Shown in pieces: positions 16,948-25,048 of a stretch of DNA of 44,585 nt. The first letter of the stretch is position 1, and every line of letters begins with the position of its first letter. Made by a program: the position numbers and the translations under genes. The notes under the pieces were generated by a model, which saw nothing but the letters and a program-made list of their open reading frames with translations, was not told where the DNA came from and ran no database searches. The stretch spans positions 1 to 44,585 of the forward strand of contig CAYRMU010000002.1 of NCBI GenBank assembly GCA_964425655.1, given 5' to 3'. Source of the DNA: an uncultured Candidatus Saccharibacteria bacterium (lineage in GTDB: Bacteria > Patescibacteriota > Minisyncoccia > Phycocordibacterales > UBA918).

Positions 16948-17307
16948 ATGCGTATGTTCCTTGCCGCCTGCAGCGTGTGGATTTGCCTAATGCAAAACCC
17001 AGCACGAGCTGCAGACGAAACAATGTACACCTATACAATTTCCTGCCAGACCATGTCTGACGTATTTGTACTTATGCATATGTGGAAATTTTACACACAA
17101 CCTGAACGGGTTGCGGCACTAACCTATTTAGTAGGTACAAAAGGCTCATGCATAATCTACGCTCACGCACATCACCAACTCGATACGAGCACAAAAGTGG
17201 CCGAGTACTACGTATGGTTAAAGGATAGGTCATACTGGGTCAGTGTGTATACAATTCCTGGCCCAGAAGCAACCGAATACGTCATCAGCAGTCGACTGGA
17301 GCGATAA
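16948..17307 (+). CDS. Small secreted hypothetical protein
   Basis: 119-aa ORF. An AAGGAG SD lies 7 nt upstream of the ATG. It has a signal-peptide-like N-terminus (MRMFLAACSVWICLMQNPARA). A rho-independent terminator lies at 17308-17341. Confidence 0.7.
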   Translation: MRMFLAACSVWICLMQNPARAADETMYTYTISCQTMSDVFVLMHMWKFYTQPERVAALTYLVGTKGSCIIYAHAHHQLDTSTKVAEYYVWLKDRSYWVSVYTIPGPEATEYVISSRLER

Positions 17308-17341
17308 ACAAAAGCCCCGCACTATACCGGGGCTTTTTTTG
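17308..17341. terminator. Bidirectional terminator between convergent 16948-17307 and 17357-17887
   Basis: AAAGCCCCG-cactatac-CGGGGCTTTTTTT. Confidence 0.8.
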
Positions 17342-17356
17342 AATTACCCGTAGCGG

Positions 17357-17887
17357 CTACTCTACACTACACGCACCATCGGTGTACGAAAGTACGTTTC
17401 CGCGCGCACAGGCACTGCAGCCATTACTAAAGGTCTCAGGAATCGGATTGCACGGTGTAGTAATACACTGAATTTCGACAAGTCCACACACCGGCGCATA
17501 GATAGCTGGACACACATCAGCCTCAGACATCTCCTCGCTACACACCACTGGCTCTGACCCGCCGTTTGGCGGCATAGCCGGACACGCAGCAAACGCACAG
17601 TCTGGACCAACTCTCCCTACGTATGAGCCATCCGGACACTCTTTTGCATCCATAGTGCACATTGTCGGACCCTCTTCAGGAATCTCGGTTGGTGAAGGTA
17701 GCGTCTCACTATCATTACTCGGTGGCATACTGCCGCCTTCCTCAACCTCTGGCACGGTAGTCGTAGCCAATTGAGAAGTCCCAGAATCAATGTCAGGCGC
17801 CACAGCCACTCCCTGCCAGACCAAAATCGCAAAGACAAGTGCGAGTGCTCCAAACAGCACCATGTGTTGTTGTTTCATATCTACCAT
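17357..17887 (-). CDS. Secreted Cys-rich protein with a Kazal-like C-terminal domain
   Basis: 176-aa ORF with a signal or anchor and a Pro/Glu-rich linker. CTMDAKECPDGSYVGRVGPDCAFAAC is followed by CPAIYAPVCG...ETFSNGCSAC...GAC, which fits the Kazal pattern C-x-Y-x-PVCG ... (Y/F)-x-N-x-C. Confidence 0.7.
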   Translation of the reverse strand: MVDMKQQHMVLFGALALVFAILVWQGVAVAPDIDSGTSQLATTTVPEVEEGGSMPPSNDSETLPSPTEIPEEGPTMCTMDAKECPDGSYVGRVGPDCAFAACPAMPPNGGSEPVVCSEEMSEADVCPAIYAPVCGLVEIQCITTPCNPIPETFSNGCSACARGNVLSYTDGACSVE

Positions 17888-18213
17888 ATGATGCGCGCAC
17901 TTTACCTAAAACACAAGCGGCGTGGGTCAAAGACCCGCGCCGCTTAATAATTTATTTCTTCACTGCCTTATCCTTCTTCGGCTTCTTCTTCTCTTTTTTG
18001 TGCAATACTTTTTCAGCCATTTTGTTTAATTTAAATGAGGTTACTAAGCGACTGCATTAGGCAATTACCATGGGAGTACCTTAGCGCTAATAACTAATAT
18101 AAGTATACCGTCTTCAATACACCCCGAGCAAATCGAGAGTCTGAACAATTGACAGATTACTGAACTCACCTATAGTTCCTGCTAGGACGGTCTTTCACAA
18201 AAGGATAACGACC

Positions 18214-19056
18214 ATGACCAAACGTGAATACATAGCGATTCTACTTGGCACACTGTGTTTTGTCTTGATGACCGCTGGACTCAGTTACACGGCATTGAAC
18301 CTCTACACCTCGCTCTTTGTGTCACTTCTTGGTGCACTCGAGGTCGGCTGGCTTTACTACGCACCCAAAGCGTGGCGTACGGCACACACCATTACCTTGC
18401 CGGCAAAAGTCACAATTTCTAAGGCCTGGGTTGGTTCTGCACTACTGAACATCGTGCACTATGTCCTCTACTGGAGTGCACACATGCTCTGTCTAGCGAT
18501 TATTTTCACCGGCGGAACTGTCTGGTTTAGCTACATTGCACCGTTCATTCCGGATGGCCCCACGACAGCCTGGGTGTACGGCATTACCGGCCTGATTGTT
18601 GGTGTATCAATCATGTTTTATTGTTTTTCACTCACTGAAGATTCTGCACCTCCAGCAAATGTCTGGTTTGGCGAGGTCATCCTTAACCTTGGGAAAGCCC
18701 TGGGTGTAGCGCTGATTGGGGGTATCGTATTCCCGATGCTCGTTACAGGTACGCTCCTGATAGTTTGCCTTGCCCTCGCGTGGGTAGCACTTGCACTACT
18801 GATTGGCATTGCACTCCTTGCCAGTGAAAAACAGTTCCTGGTCGTCACCATCGGTATCATCACCGGAAGTGCAGCTAGCCTCATCTTCGGTGTCACTCCT
18901 GTTGCACCCATGGAACTCTCGCTTCGACTGCTCGTTGGTGCAGCTGCCGGGTTTGGAAGCGGTGAAGCCGTGCACTACGCCGGCAAGTTCTTTTCTGAAT
19001 CGAAGGTTGGCCGTGCGATAACCAATCGCGTCCTGCTCCAGAAACAACATACATAA
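18214..19056 (+). CDS. Polytopic integral membrane protein (unknown family)
   Basis: 280-aa ORF. An AAGGA SD lies 8 nt upstream. It has about 7 hydrophobic segments. A terminator hairpin lies at 19059-19091. Confidence 0.7.
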   Translation: MTKREYIAILLGTLCFVLMTAGLSYTALNLYTSLFVSLLGALEVGWLYYAPKAWRTAHTITLPAKVTISKAWVGSALLNIVHYVLYWSAHMLCLAIIFTGGTVWFSYIAPFIPDGPTTAWVYGITGLIVGVSIMFYCFSLTEDSAPPANVWFGEVILNLGKALGVALIGGIVFPMLVTGTLLIVCLALAWVALALLIGIALLASEKQFLVVTIGIITGSAASLIFGVTPVAPMELSLRLLVGAAAGFGSGEAVHYAGKFFSESKVGRAITNRVLLQKQHT

Positions 19057-19058
19057 TG

Positions 19059-19091
19059 CAAAAGGCGAGCACTCTGTGCTCGCCTTTTTTC
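19059..19091. terminator. Bidirectional terminator between 18214-19056 and the ABC-F gene
   Basis: AAAGGCGAGCA-ctctg-TGCTCGCCTTTTTT. Confidence 0.8.
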
Positions 19092-19101
19092 ATATCCAGG
19101 C

Positions 19102-20580
19102 TTACTTCTTCTTATCCAAATTCAACACCTCATCAATCCGTATCTTCTCCACAAAGTCCGCGACGTGTGATACCAGAATCATAGTGCCTTCGTACTGGTT
19201 GAGTGCCTCAGCAATTACCGGAATATGGCGGAAGTTGATGTGGTTGGTTGGCTCGTCGAGAATCAGGAGTCCTGGCTTTAAGAGTACCAAGCGAGCAAAC
19301 GCCACTAACCCCTTCTGCCCTTCAGAGAGCAGGCCAATTTTTGTCTTGATGATATCGCTGTTAATCAAAAAACCGGCGGCGACTGAGCGCATATCCTCCT
19401 CAATCTTCTTGTCCATCACGTCCATCAAACACTCAAAGACTGATTGATTGAAATCAAGGTTTGAGAAATCTTGCCGGTAGTAGCCAATCTTCACCTTCGG
19501 TGAAACAATCTCCCCTTTCGCGTGACCAGTGGCAAGTGACTCAAGGAGCGTCGTCTTGCCGATACCGTTTGGACCGACAATCTGCCAGTGCGTCCCCCGC
19601 TTCATTACAATGTCGCACGCCACATCCTTTGGCTGGTGATCACGAATCACCTTGTATGAGGTGAGGCGGAGTACTTCAGTTGGAATCTCAACCGGTACCG
19701 GAATGGTAAACGGACGGATAGTTCGGTCTTCCTTGCGTACATCAACTTTATTGTCTTCGTACTCCTCTACTTCCGCCTTAAGCTTTTGTGCAACCAAGCG
19801 CATCTTACCGCCCTTATTTGAGAAGTAGTTAATCTTGTCTTTGTTCTCCTGAATCTCTTTGGCAAGTTGTGAGTTCTGTCGCTTTTCGCGCTCAACGCGC
19901 GCCGCAATTTCTTTGATAACGTCGTTGTAGTTCCCGTCGTACACTTCAACGGTACGCGTCTGGACGTTTAAGTAGAGAACGCCCTGTGTAAACGAGTTCA
20001 AGAATTCTGCATCGTGGGAAATCACAATCACCGTTTTGTTGTAGCTCTTAATGAACTCAGTAAGGTGCTCAATGCCGGCATGATCGAGATTGTTGGTCGG
20101 CTCATCAAGGAGGAGAACGTCAGGGTTCTGAATAAGGGCAGAAGCCAATAGTAGTCGCGCTTGCTGACCTCCCGAAAAGCTACCGATTACACGCTCCTTA
20201 AACTCCGCTGCCATTTCTTGTTTTGGGGAAAGATTAACAATCTCCAATACCGCATCAATCCGAGGATCAATATCGTACACCTTCTCACTAAAACACTTCT
20301 CAAAAAAGGCCCGGACCGTAAGCGTCAGTTCATCACGGGGAATAATCTGGCGGGAGAGCGCAATCGTGGTACGCGGCATGATATTGATATCTCCCTCATC
20401 CGCACGGAGAGCGCCGGTAATTAAAGCAAACAGGGTACTTTTGCCTGCACCATTTTGCCCCATGAGGGTAAGCTTGGCGCCGCGACGAATAGTAAAACTA
20501 GCCGCCTTAAGAATTGGCTTTGTAGAATCGTGCTCGTAAGAGACTTCATTAAATGAGATGAGACCAGCGTTTCGTGACAT
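19102..20580 (-). CDS. ABC-F family ATPase (two tandem ABC domains, no TM domain)
   Basis: 492-aa ORF. Two Walker A motifs (GQNGAGKST, GPNGIGKTT), two signature/Walker B pairs (FSGGQQ...LLLDEPTNNLD; LSEGQKG...LILDEPTNHIN) and a charged inter-domain linker. Confidence 0.88.
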   Translation of the reverse strand: MSRNAGLISFNEVSYEHDSTKPILKAASFTIRRGAKLTLMGQNGAGKSTLFALITGALRADEGDINIMPRTTIALSRQIIPRDELTLTVRAFFEKCFSEKVYDIDPRIDAVLEIVNLSPKQEMAAEFKERVIGSFSGGQQARLLLASALIQNPDVLLLDEPTNNLDHAGIEHLTEFIKSYNKTVIVISHDAEFLNSFTQGVLYLNVQTRTVEVYDGNYNDVIKEIAARVEREKRQNSQLAKEIQENKDKINYFSNKGGKMRLVAQKLKAEVEEYEDNKVDVRKEDRTIRPFTIPVPVEIPTEVLRLTSYKVIRDHQPKDVACDIVMKRGTHWQIVGPNGIGKTTLLESLATGHAKGEIVSPKVKIGYYRQDFSNLDFNQSVFECLMDVMDKKIEEDMRSVAAGFLINSDIIKTKIGLLSEGQKGLVAFARLVLLKPGLLILDEPTNHINFRHIPVIAEALNQYEGTMILVSHVADFVEKIRIDEVLNLDKKK

Positions 20581-20667
20581 AGGGCATTATCCTACCCTAA
20601 TTTGACAGAATTGCAATGTGCTGTCCTTCTTTTAAGCCATATTTTAGCCCTGAAACGGTCTAGTTTA

Positions 20668-20696
20668 TTGACTTTTAGTTATAAATGTGCTATTAT
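20668..20696 (+). promoter_or_regulatory. Near-consensus sigma70 promoter with an extended -10 for the GC3-rich orphan gene
   Basis: TTGACT - 17 nt - TATTAT, with TG at -15/-14 (gTGcTATTAT), about 40 nt upstream of the ATG at 20736. Confidence 0.65.
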
Positions 20697-20735
20697 AGTA
20701 GTTGAATTCGACCTTTTACAACAGGAGAGAGAAAA

Positions 20736-21317
20736 ATGGGCTACTCGTTTGTTGGGGACTTCGTTTCCAGTGCTGTGAGCTTCCCCGGGCGCTGCCCGAT
20801 CACGGGGCGCTTCATGAGCACCTTCGAGTTCGACGACGATGAGCCGCTGGAGCATTTCTTCGGGATCATCGACGTGGCGACCGAAGAAGTGACCGATTCC
20901 AATGATGAAGAATCGGACGACATTCTTCACTCCTTCAGCGAAAGATACTTTGGTCAACAGTATGATGACCTCTCGGCAGAAGAACAGGCTGAATTTAATC
21001 AGCTCAACGACAAATACAAGACTGACTACTGGCACCCCAAAGACCTCGTGACCCTGCGCCGCCTTGACGGTCTCCGGTGGGTCAAAAAGACCTACGGCAA
21101 ATGCCTCTACGGCGCACCCGAGGTCAATCCCCACATGGGGTGCTCGGGCTTCGGCGCGAACGACAAGTCGTCGGTCATGAACTATGGCTATGACGACTAC
21201 CTCAGCCGTCGTGGCCATGACGACACACGCAAGAGCCGCAAGGCCACCATCAGGCGCTTCCGCCGGTCGGCGCGCAAGCTGCGCACTGTCGAACACACCC
21301 TCTCCCTGCTGTACTGA
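20736..21317 (+). CDS. Orphan acidic/basic hypothetical protein with foreign-looking GC3-rich codon usage
   Basis: 193-aa ORF. An AGGAG SD lies 8 nt upstream. A near-consensus promoter lies at 20668-20696 and a terminator at 21344-21372. There is a strong G/C preference at third codon positions in this frame. The overlapping 249-aa antisense ORF is rejected. Confidence 0.7.
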   Translation: MGYSFVGDFVSSAVSFPGRCPITGRFMSTFEFDDDEPLEHFFGIIDVATEEVTDSNDEESDDILHSFSERYFGQQYDDLSAEEQAEFNQLNDKYKTDYWHPKDLVTLRRLDGLRWVKKTYGKCLYGAPEVNPHMGCSGFGANDKSSVMNYGYDDYLSRRGHDDTRKSRKATIRRFRRSARKLRTVEHTLSLLY

Positions 21318-21343
21318 CAGCAAGTTCCTTCTTCGACCACCTT

Positions 21344-21372
21344 GGCCGCATCCCCTGTGATGCGGCCTTTTT
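21344..21372 (+). terminator. Terminator of 20736-21317
   Basis: GGCCGCATC-ccctgt-GATGCGGCC followed by TTTTT. Confidence 0.8.
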
Positions 21373-21414
21373 ATGTCAGGCACCCTGTCACTGAAACGCC
21401 TACCTTGCGCGCAC

Positions 21415-21443
21415 AAAAAAGACCGCACGAGGCGGTCTTTTTT
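21415..21443. terminator. Terminator downstream of the 47-aa Lys-rich gene (bidirectional shape)
   Basis: A6 - GACCGC-acgag-GCGGTC - T6. Confidence 0.7.
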
Positions 21444-21460
21444 GTGTAGTGAGAGAAAAT

Positions 21461-21604
21461 TTATTTCTTCTTTGCAACCTTCTTGGTAGCCTTCTTCACG
21501 GTCTTCTTTACCGCCTTCTTAACTACCTTCTTCACGGTCTTCTTGGCTACCTTTTTTGCTGGAGCCTTCTTTGCAACTTTCTTAGCTGCTTTCTTTACTG
21601 CCAT
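21461..21604 (-). CDS. 47-aa Lys/Ala/Val-rich basic micro-protein (histone H1-tail-like)
   Basis: Not in the ORF track (under 60 aa). My hand translation of the minus strand gives MAVKKAAKKVAKKAPAKKVAKKTVKKVVKKAVKKTVKKATKKVAKKK-stop. It has an ATG start and a TAA stop. A terminator hairpin with a U-tract lies at 21415-21443. Confidence 0.6.
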   Translation of the reverse strand: MAVKKAAKKVAKKAPAKKVAKKTVKKVVKKAVKKTVKKATKKVAKKK

Positions 21605-21778
21605 GATTTTTGTTTTATACAAAATGATTAAGACATGAAGACCGACGAAGTACAGAAGAACAGAATCTCGTGCACCTGTGTGGTGCTCATGTGTTCATCA
21701 TTATAAATCCTTTCATAATTTTTTTGTGTGTGTACACTGTGCACAAGTGTGCATAATTATTTATAAAATATTTTTTGT

Positions 21779-21812
21779 AAAAAAATATCACACACAAATT
21801 TTTGTGTGTGAT
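21779..21812 (-). terminator. AT-rich terminator hairpin after 21836-22306
   Basis: ATCACACACAAA-tt-TTTGTGTGTGAT has 12-bp arms and is followed on the minus strand by ATTTTTTT. Confidence 0.55.
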
Positions 21813-21835
21813 AGAAAATATCTGTAGCTGAAAAA

Positions 21836-22306
21836 TTACGATTGCATGAGTACGCGAACAATGTCTGTGATGGTTCCTGTCGTTTGCAAATCAATACCCG
21901 TGCGCGTTGCAATGTTATTTAGTAGTGTCTCCATACCGCCACGAGAAATTGCGCCCGGTGTTTCATGGACAAGTGTTGCATCACGAAGCTCAAGCTCAAT
22001 TCTGCCACTACTATTTATGCTGTAGTACCCAACACTCGCCTCCACTCCTTCAAAGTCAGTTTCAGCGAGACCTGGAAATGAGTCGAGAAACATTTGTGGA
22101 AGGTAGCCTTCTGCAGGTAACCCTTGCTTCTTACGTACCTCTTCTTCTAACGTAAAAATAAATACTTCGGTCAAAATAGGATCGATAGTAACCGGTTCTA
22201 CCGCGGGTGCAATAAGTTGCTCTTCCACCCATCCCGCTCCACCAAGATAGATAAAAGCCAGATTCGCGGCCACGAGGCACACCATGAAAATAATCACTTT
22301 ATACAT
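21836..22306 (-). CDS. Membrane-anchored hypothetical protein
   Basis: 156-aa ORF with an ATG start and an N-terminal TM segment (VIIFMVCLVAANLAFIYLG). A terminator lies at 21779-21812. Confidence 0.65.
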   Translation of the reverse strand: MYKVIIFMVCLVAANLAFIYLGGAGWVEEQLIAPAVEPVTIDPILTEVFIFTLEEEVRKKQGLPAEGYLPQMFLDSFPGLAETDFEGVEASVGYYSINSSGRIELELRDATLVHETPGAISRGGMETLLNNIATRTGIDLQTTGTITDIVRVLMQS

Positions 22307-22348
22307 AGTGCCAAGTATAGCACCCTCACATATTCCGTGAATTCACTA

Positions 22349-22354
22349 TATAAT
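22349..22354 (+). promoter_or_regulatory. Consensus TATAAT box 8 nt upstream of the ATG at 22363 (leaderless configuration)
   Basis: cacTATATAATgcctgtatATG. No good -35 element was seen. Confidence 0.4.
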
Positions 22355-22362
22355 GCCTGTAT

Positions 22363-23385
22363 ATGTGGCACTGGTTTATCGCCCTCATACTCATCAGTAC
22401 ACCGCTGTCTATGCACGCGGAAGAAATCAACGCTGGCTTTGTTCGTGGCATCTGGTACAGCAGTGAACGCGTCTTTGCTGACACACCCACCCGCGTTTAT
22501 GTCGCTATTAGAAATAACACTGGGGCAGACCTCACCGGTACCGTCACATTTTTTGCAAACGATAAAAAGCTTGGTACACAACCGGTCGCAGCCCTCAACA
22601 ATCGAATTATCGAAAGCTGGGTTGACTGGGAGCCAGCCTATGGTGAGCATACACTTCGAGCTGAACTCTCACGAGTAAAGCTATCAGCCGTTGGGAGTGA
22701 AACTGAAACCGTTGCTACTGCACTCGCCGCTGCCACAGACACGCTCTTTGTTGACTACGATACCGACAGCGATGATGTCGGCAACGCAACTGATGACGAT
22801 GATGACGGAGACGGTGCGAGCGACACCACTGAAGCGACTAATGGTACTGACCCACTCGTAGCATCCAATACCAAAACTGAAGCTGCACCACGTGCAACTG
22901 AGCAGGTCGATGTTGCCACTGTCCCCGTACGTTCAGCTTCCGATAACACGACTGTTGGTGGTCTCGAACGCTACCTTACGCCATCACGCGCTGATACACT
23001 CTTAGGCTCAATCACTTCGTGGGCTGATACCACTAAAGCAAAACTCGACACGTATCGAGATGAACGCGCGCGTGAACGTGCAGCTGAAGAACAAGCACCA
23101 CAAATCACCGTCGACAATAACGGCTTTGGCGAAGTGACTCGCTCAACCGATCCTGATGCTGCTCCCGAAGCACCGAGCAATCCACCCAATAGTCTCGTGA
23201 GTGATCTCGTTGCCCTCATAGGTACACTGCTTGGCGGCATCATGACGCTCATCCTTTCCGGGATTTCGCTCCTGCTCGGACACGCGCTCGTTCTCCAGCT
23301 ACTCCTACTCCTCGCCATCCTTGCGGGGACGTACATCACTGCCCGCAAGCTGAGCCATCGCCCTATTGCTAAAAAGCGCAAATAA
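22363..23385 (+). CDS. Secreted, membrane-anchored surface protein (Ig/CARDB-like N-domain, Asp-rich Ca-binding-like repeat, C-terminal TM)
   Basis: 340-aa ORF with a signal peptide (MWHWFIALILISTPLSMHA). DYDTDSDDVGNATDDDDDGDGASD resembles thrombospondin type-3 DxDxDG repeats. It has C-terminal hydrophobic helices and a KKRK tail. A TATAAT box lies 8 nt before the ATG. Confidence 0.7.
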   Translation: MWHWFIALILISTPLSMHAEEINAGFVRGIWYSSERVFADTPTRVYVAIRNNTGADLTGTVTFFANDKKLGTQPVAALNNRIIESWVDWEPAYGEHTLRAELSRVKLSAVGSETETVATALAAATDTLFVDYDTDSDDVGNATDDDDDGDGASDTTEATNGTDPLVASNTKTEAAPRATEQVDVATVPVRSASDNTTVGGLERYLTPSRADTLLGSITSWADTTKAKLDTYRDERARERAAEEQAPQITVDNNGFGEVTRSTDPDAAPEAPSNPPNSLVSDLVALIGTLLGGIMTLILSGISLLLGHALVLQLLLLLAILAGTYITARKLSHRPIAKKRK

Positions 23386-23415
23386 AAAACGACCTTCAGT
23401 GAAGGTCGTTTTTTA
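23384..23415. terminator. Bidirectional terminator between convergent 22363-23385 and the GH15 gene
   Basis: AAAAAACGACCTTC-agt-GAAGGTCGTTTTTT. Confidence 0.8.
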
Positions 23416-23424
23416 TACAGGTGT

Positions 23425-24480
23425 TTAGGATGCCATATCCCGTACTTTCTTGAGCGCCACGACGTACATACTCTCTGACCACCCGAGCGGTGTGTTATCG
23501 TTCGGCGTACTGGTGTGGGAGTAGTAAAGCTCAGGCACCTGACCATTACTCGTAACCGTCGCCTTCGCTCGGTTAAGGTAGTACCAGGCTCGGTCCGTAT
23601 CACCGCGTTCTGCGTAAATGATGGCAAGCCAGGCGAGCCCGAAGCACCACTCAGCTTCTTCGCTGTAGCCATCTTCATTGTTGTTGTAGTACCGATCAAG
23701 TTTGTAGCGAATCACGCCTTTGTCTCGGGTGAGGTGGTACTCAACGTTCCGTAGAATCTCCGCTGTCTCCTCTTCATTGGTGACATGAAACGGGTATATC
23801 AGGGAAAGCAACGCCAGGTCAGCAAACTTCGTGGCTGACTCTCGTGGTAGCAGCATGCGCAATGCTGACTCACCGAGTGCAATTGCCTCAGGCGGCACAA
23901 GGAGCCAATCAACCCCTTGTGCTTTCTTTAGCGCGGCCACACAAGAACCAATCGAAGATGCGTGCACCTCCATATTCTCTTCCCAAATACCATTATCAGG
24001 GTCGTGCCAGTACTCAATCGCAATCAGGTAATCAATAATTTTCTGTACCATCGCTCGCTCTTCCTCAGTCTCAACAATACTTGCGCCGCGTACCTCCAAC
24101 TCAACGATGATATTGAGCACCTCTCCCACAGCATCGTTCTGGCTATTCCCCCACTCTTCCCAGTACTCCTCAAAGGTCTCGGGATTAAACCGAGCATGGA
24201 TACGCTGCCACGTTTCGTGCGGCTTGTGTGCAATCGCCCAATCAATCTTCTCACTATGCTTCACAAAGACTGTCAGCAAGGCTTTGGCCGCTTTTTGCAC
24301 AGTGGCAATGTCACCGGTCTCCAAAAAGCCTAACGTGACGAAGTAGATATCACGAAGCCAGGCTTTATCGTAGCCGGTACCGACGTCGTGCGCTGAAGCA
24401 GTAAACACGCCCGTTGGTTTCTGGAGGCGACGAACTTGGTCGAGGTGTGCAGCAATTTCGGCATCAAAATTAATTTCCAT
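23425..24480 (-). CDS. Glycoside hydrolase family 15-like protein (glucoamylase-type catalytic barrel only)
   Basis: 351-aa ORF. AWLRDIYF matches the GH15 WxRD motif. GIWEENMEVHASSIG matches the (D/G)LWEE catalytic-acid region. VPELY....PLGWSESMY matches the catalytic-base region. Confidence 0.7.
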   Translation of the reverse strand: MEINFDAEIAAHLDQVRRLQKPTGVFTASAHDVGTGYDKAWLRDIYFVTLGFLETGDIATVQKAAKALLTVFVKHSEKIDWAIAHKPHETWQRIHARFNPETFEEYWEEWGNSQNDAVGEVLNIIVELEVRGASIVETEEERAMVQKIIDYLIAIEYWHDPDNGIWEENMEVHASSIGSCVAALKKAQGVDWLLVPPEAIALGESALRMLLPRESATKFADLALLSLIYPFHVTNEEETAEILRNVEYHLTRDKGVIRYKLDRYYNNNEDGYSEEAEWCFGLAWLAIIYAERGDTDRAWYYLNRAKATVTSNGQVPELYYSHTSTPNDNTPLGWSESMYVVALKKVRDMAS

Positions 24481-24499
24481 ACAAAGAACAATGTGATAG

Positions 24500-24928
24500 T
24501 TATTGGTTGAGCGTTTCCCAAGCGGCAGAGCCGTGCGCTGCGATTTCGGTTAATGGTGGGAGCGCTTCGGCCACGCGACCGGCGGCTGTTGGGTAGTAGC
24601 TGCGAAGCTCAGCGTAGAGAGCAACGGTTTTTTCATAGGCAACGAAGAGTTCATGGAGCTTTGCGATAGCCTGCTCAGCCCGGTAGTTATTTTGCTCTTT
24701 GATTTCGGTATAGAGCTGCTCCACTACCTCACGGTGCTGCTGCGCGAAGGCGACCATACAATCTTCCGCTGAGGTCAGTGCATACTCCCGCCCATTGGAT
24801 TCAAACGTCGCTTTAAGCTCCGACGGAAAGCGCTCGGCGAGTGTATCGAGGACCGCTGCCAGCGCTTCATGTCGTTGCTGCTCCACCAAGGAGAGCCGTT
24901 CGTGATTGTTTAATTTCTCCATACCCAT
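24500..24928 (-). CDS. Helical hypothetical protein (142 aa)
   Basis: I set the start at the ATG at 24928 (MGMEKLNNHE...), because the longer track ORF would run into the terminator of the upstream gene (25002-25033). It ends 20 nt before the GH15 start, so the two are a likely operon. Confidence 0.55.
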   Translation of the reverse strand: MGMEKLNNHERLSLVEQQRHEALAAVLDTLAERFPSELKATFESNGREYALTSAEDCMVAFAQQHREVVEQLYTEIKEQNNYRAEQAIAKLHELFVAYEKTVALYAELRSYYPTAAGRVAEALPPLTEIAAHGSAAWETLNQ

Positions 24929-25001
24929 GTCGATGCTAATCGCTAATGCACCTATTTTAGCACGCCGGAATCGCGAGTAGTAAAACGCGTATTCTGTATA
25001 C

Positions 25002-25033
25002 AAAAAGCAGCAAACGTACTGTTTGCTGCTTTT
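25002..25033 (-). terminator. Terminator after the SRPBCC gene
   Basis: AAGCAGCAAAC-gtact-GTTTGCTGCTT; on the minus strand it runs into TTTTTG. Confidence 0.7.
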
Positions 25034-25048
25034 GGGTATGAGTAGTCT

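Noticed and set aside
16577-17038. 153-aa minus-strand ORF overlapping the fusA start, the fusA leader and promoter region, and the start of 16948-17307
   Set aside because: It overlaps the fusA 5' end out of frame and the SD-led plus-strand gene. Its composition is odd (Cys/Arg/Leu-rich), and it has no SD.
17952-18020. 22-aa Lys-rich mini-ORF (MAEKVLHKKEKKKPKKDKAVKK) on the minus strand, followed by a 14-bp hairpin at 17915-17945
   Set aside because: It is intriguing because it resembles the 47-aa Lys-rich gene and has a hairpin downstream. However, it is very short and has no SD or recognisable -10 box, and it cannot be supported from sequence alone.
20679-21428. 249-aa minus-strand ORF covering the whole GC-rich cassette
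   Set aside because: It is antisense to 20736-21317, which has the promoter, SD, terminator and G/C third-position bias in its own frame. The antisense ORF spans two terminators and has no SD. This is a typical shadow ORF of GC-rich coding DNA.
21635-21706. 23-aa plus-strand mini-ORF (MKTDEVQKNRISCTCVVLMCSSL) in the AT-rich spacer
   Set aside because: It has no SD, promoter or terminator, and it lies in the probable leader of the minus-strand Lys-rich gene. It is most likely a chance ORF.
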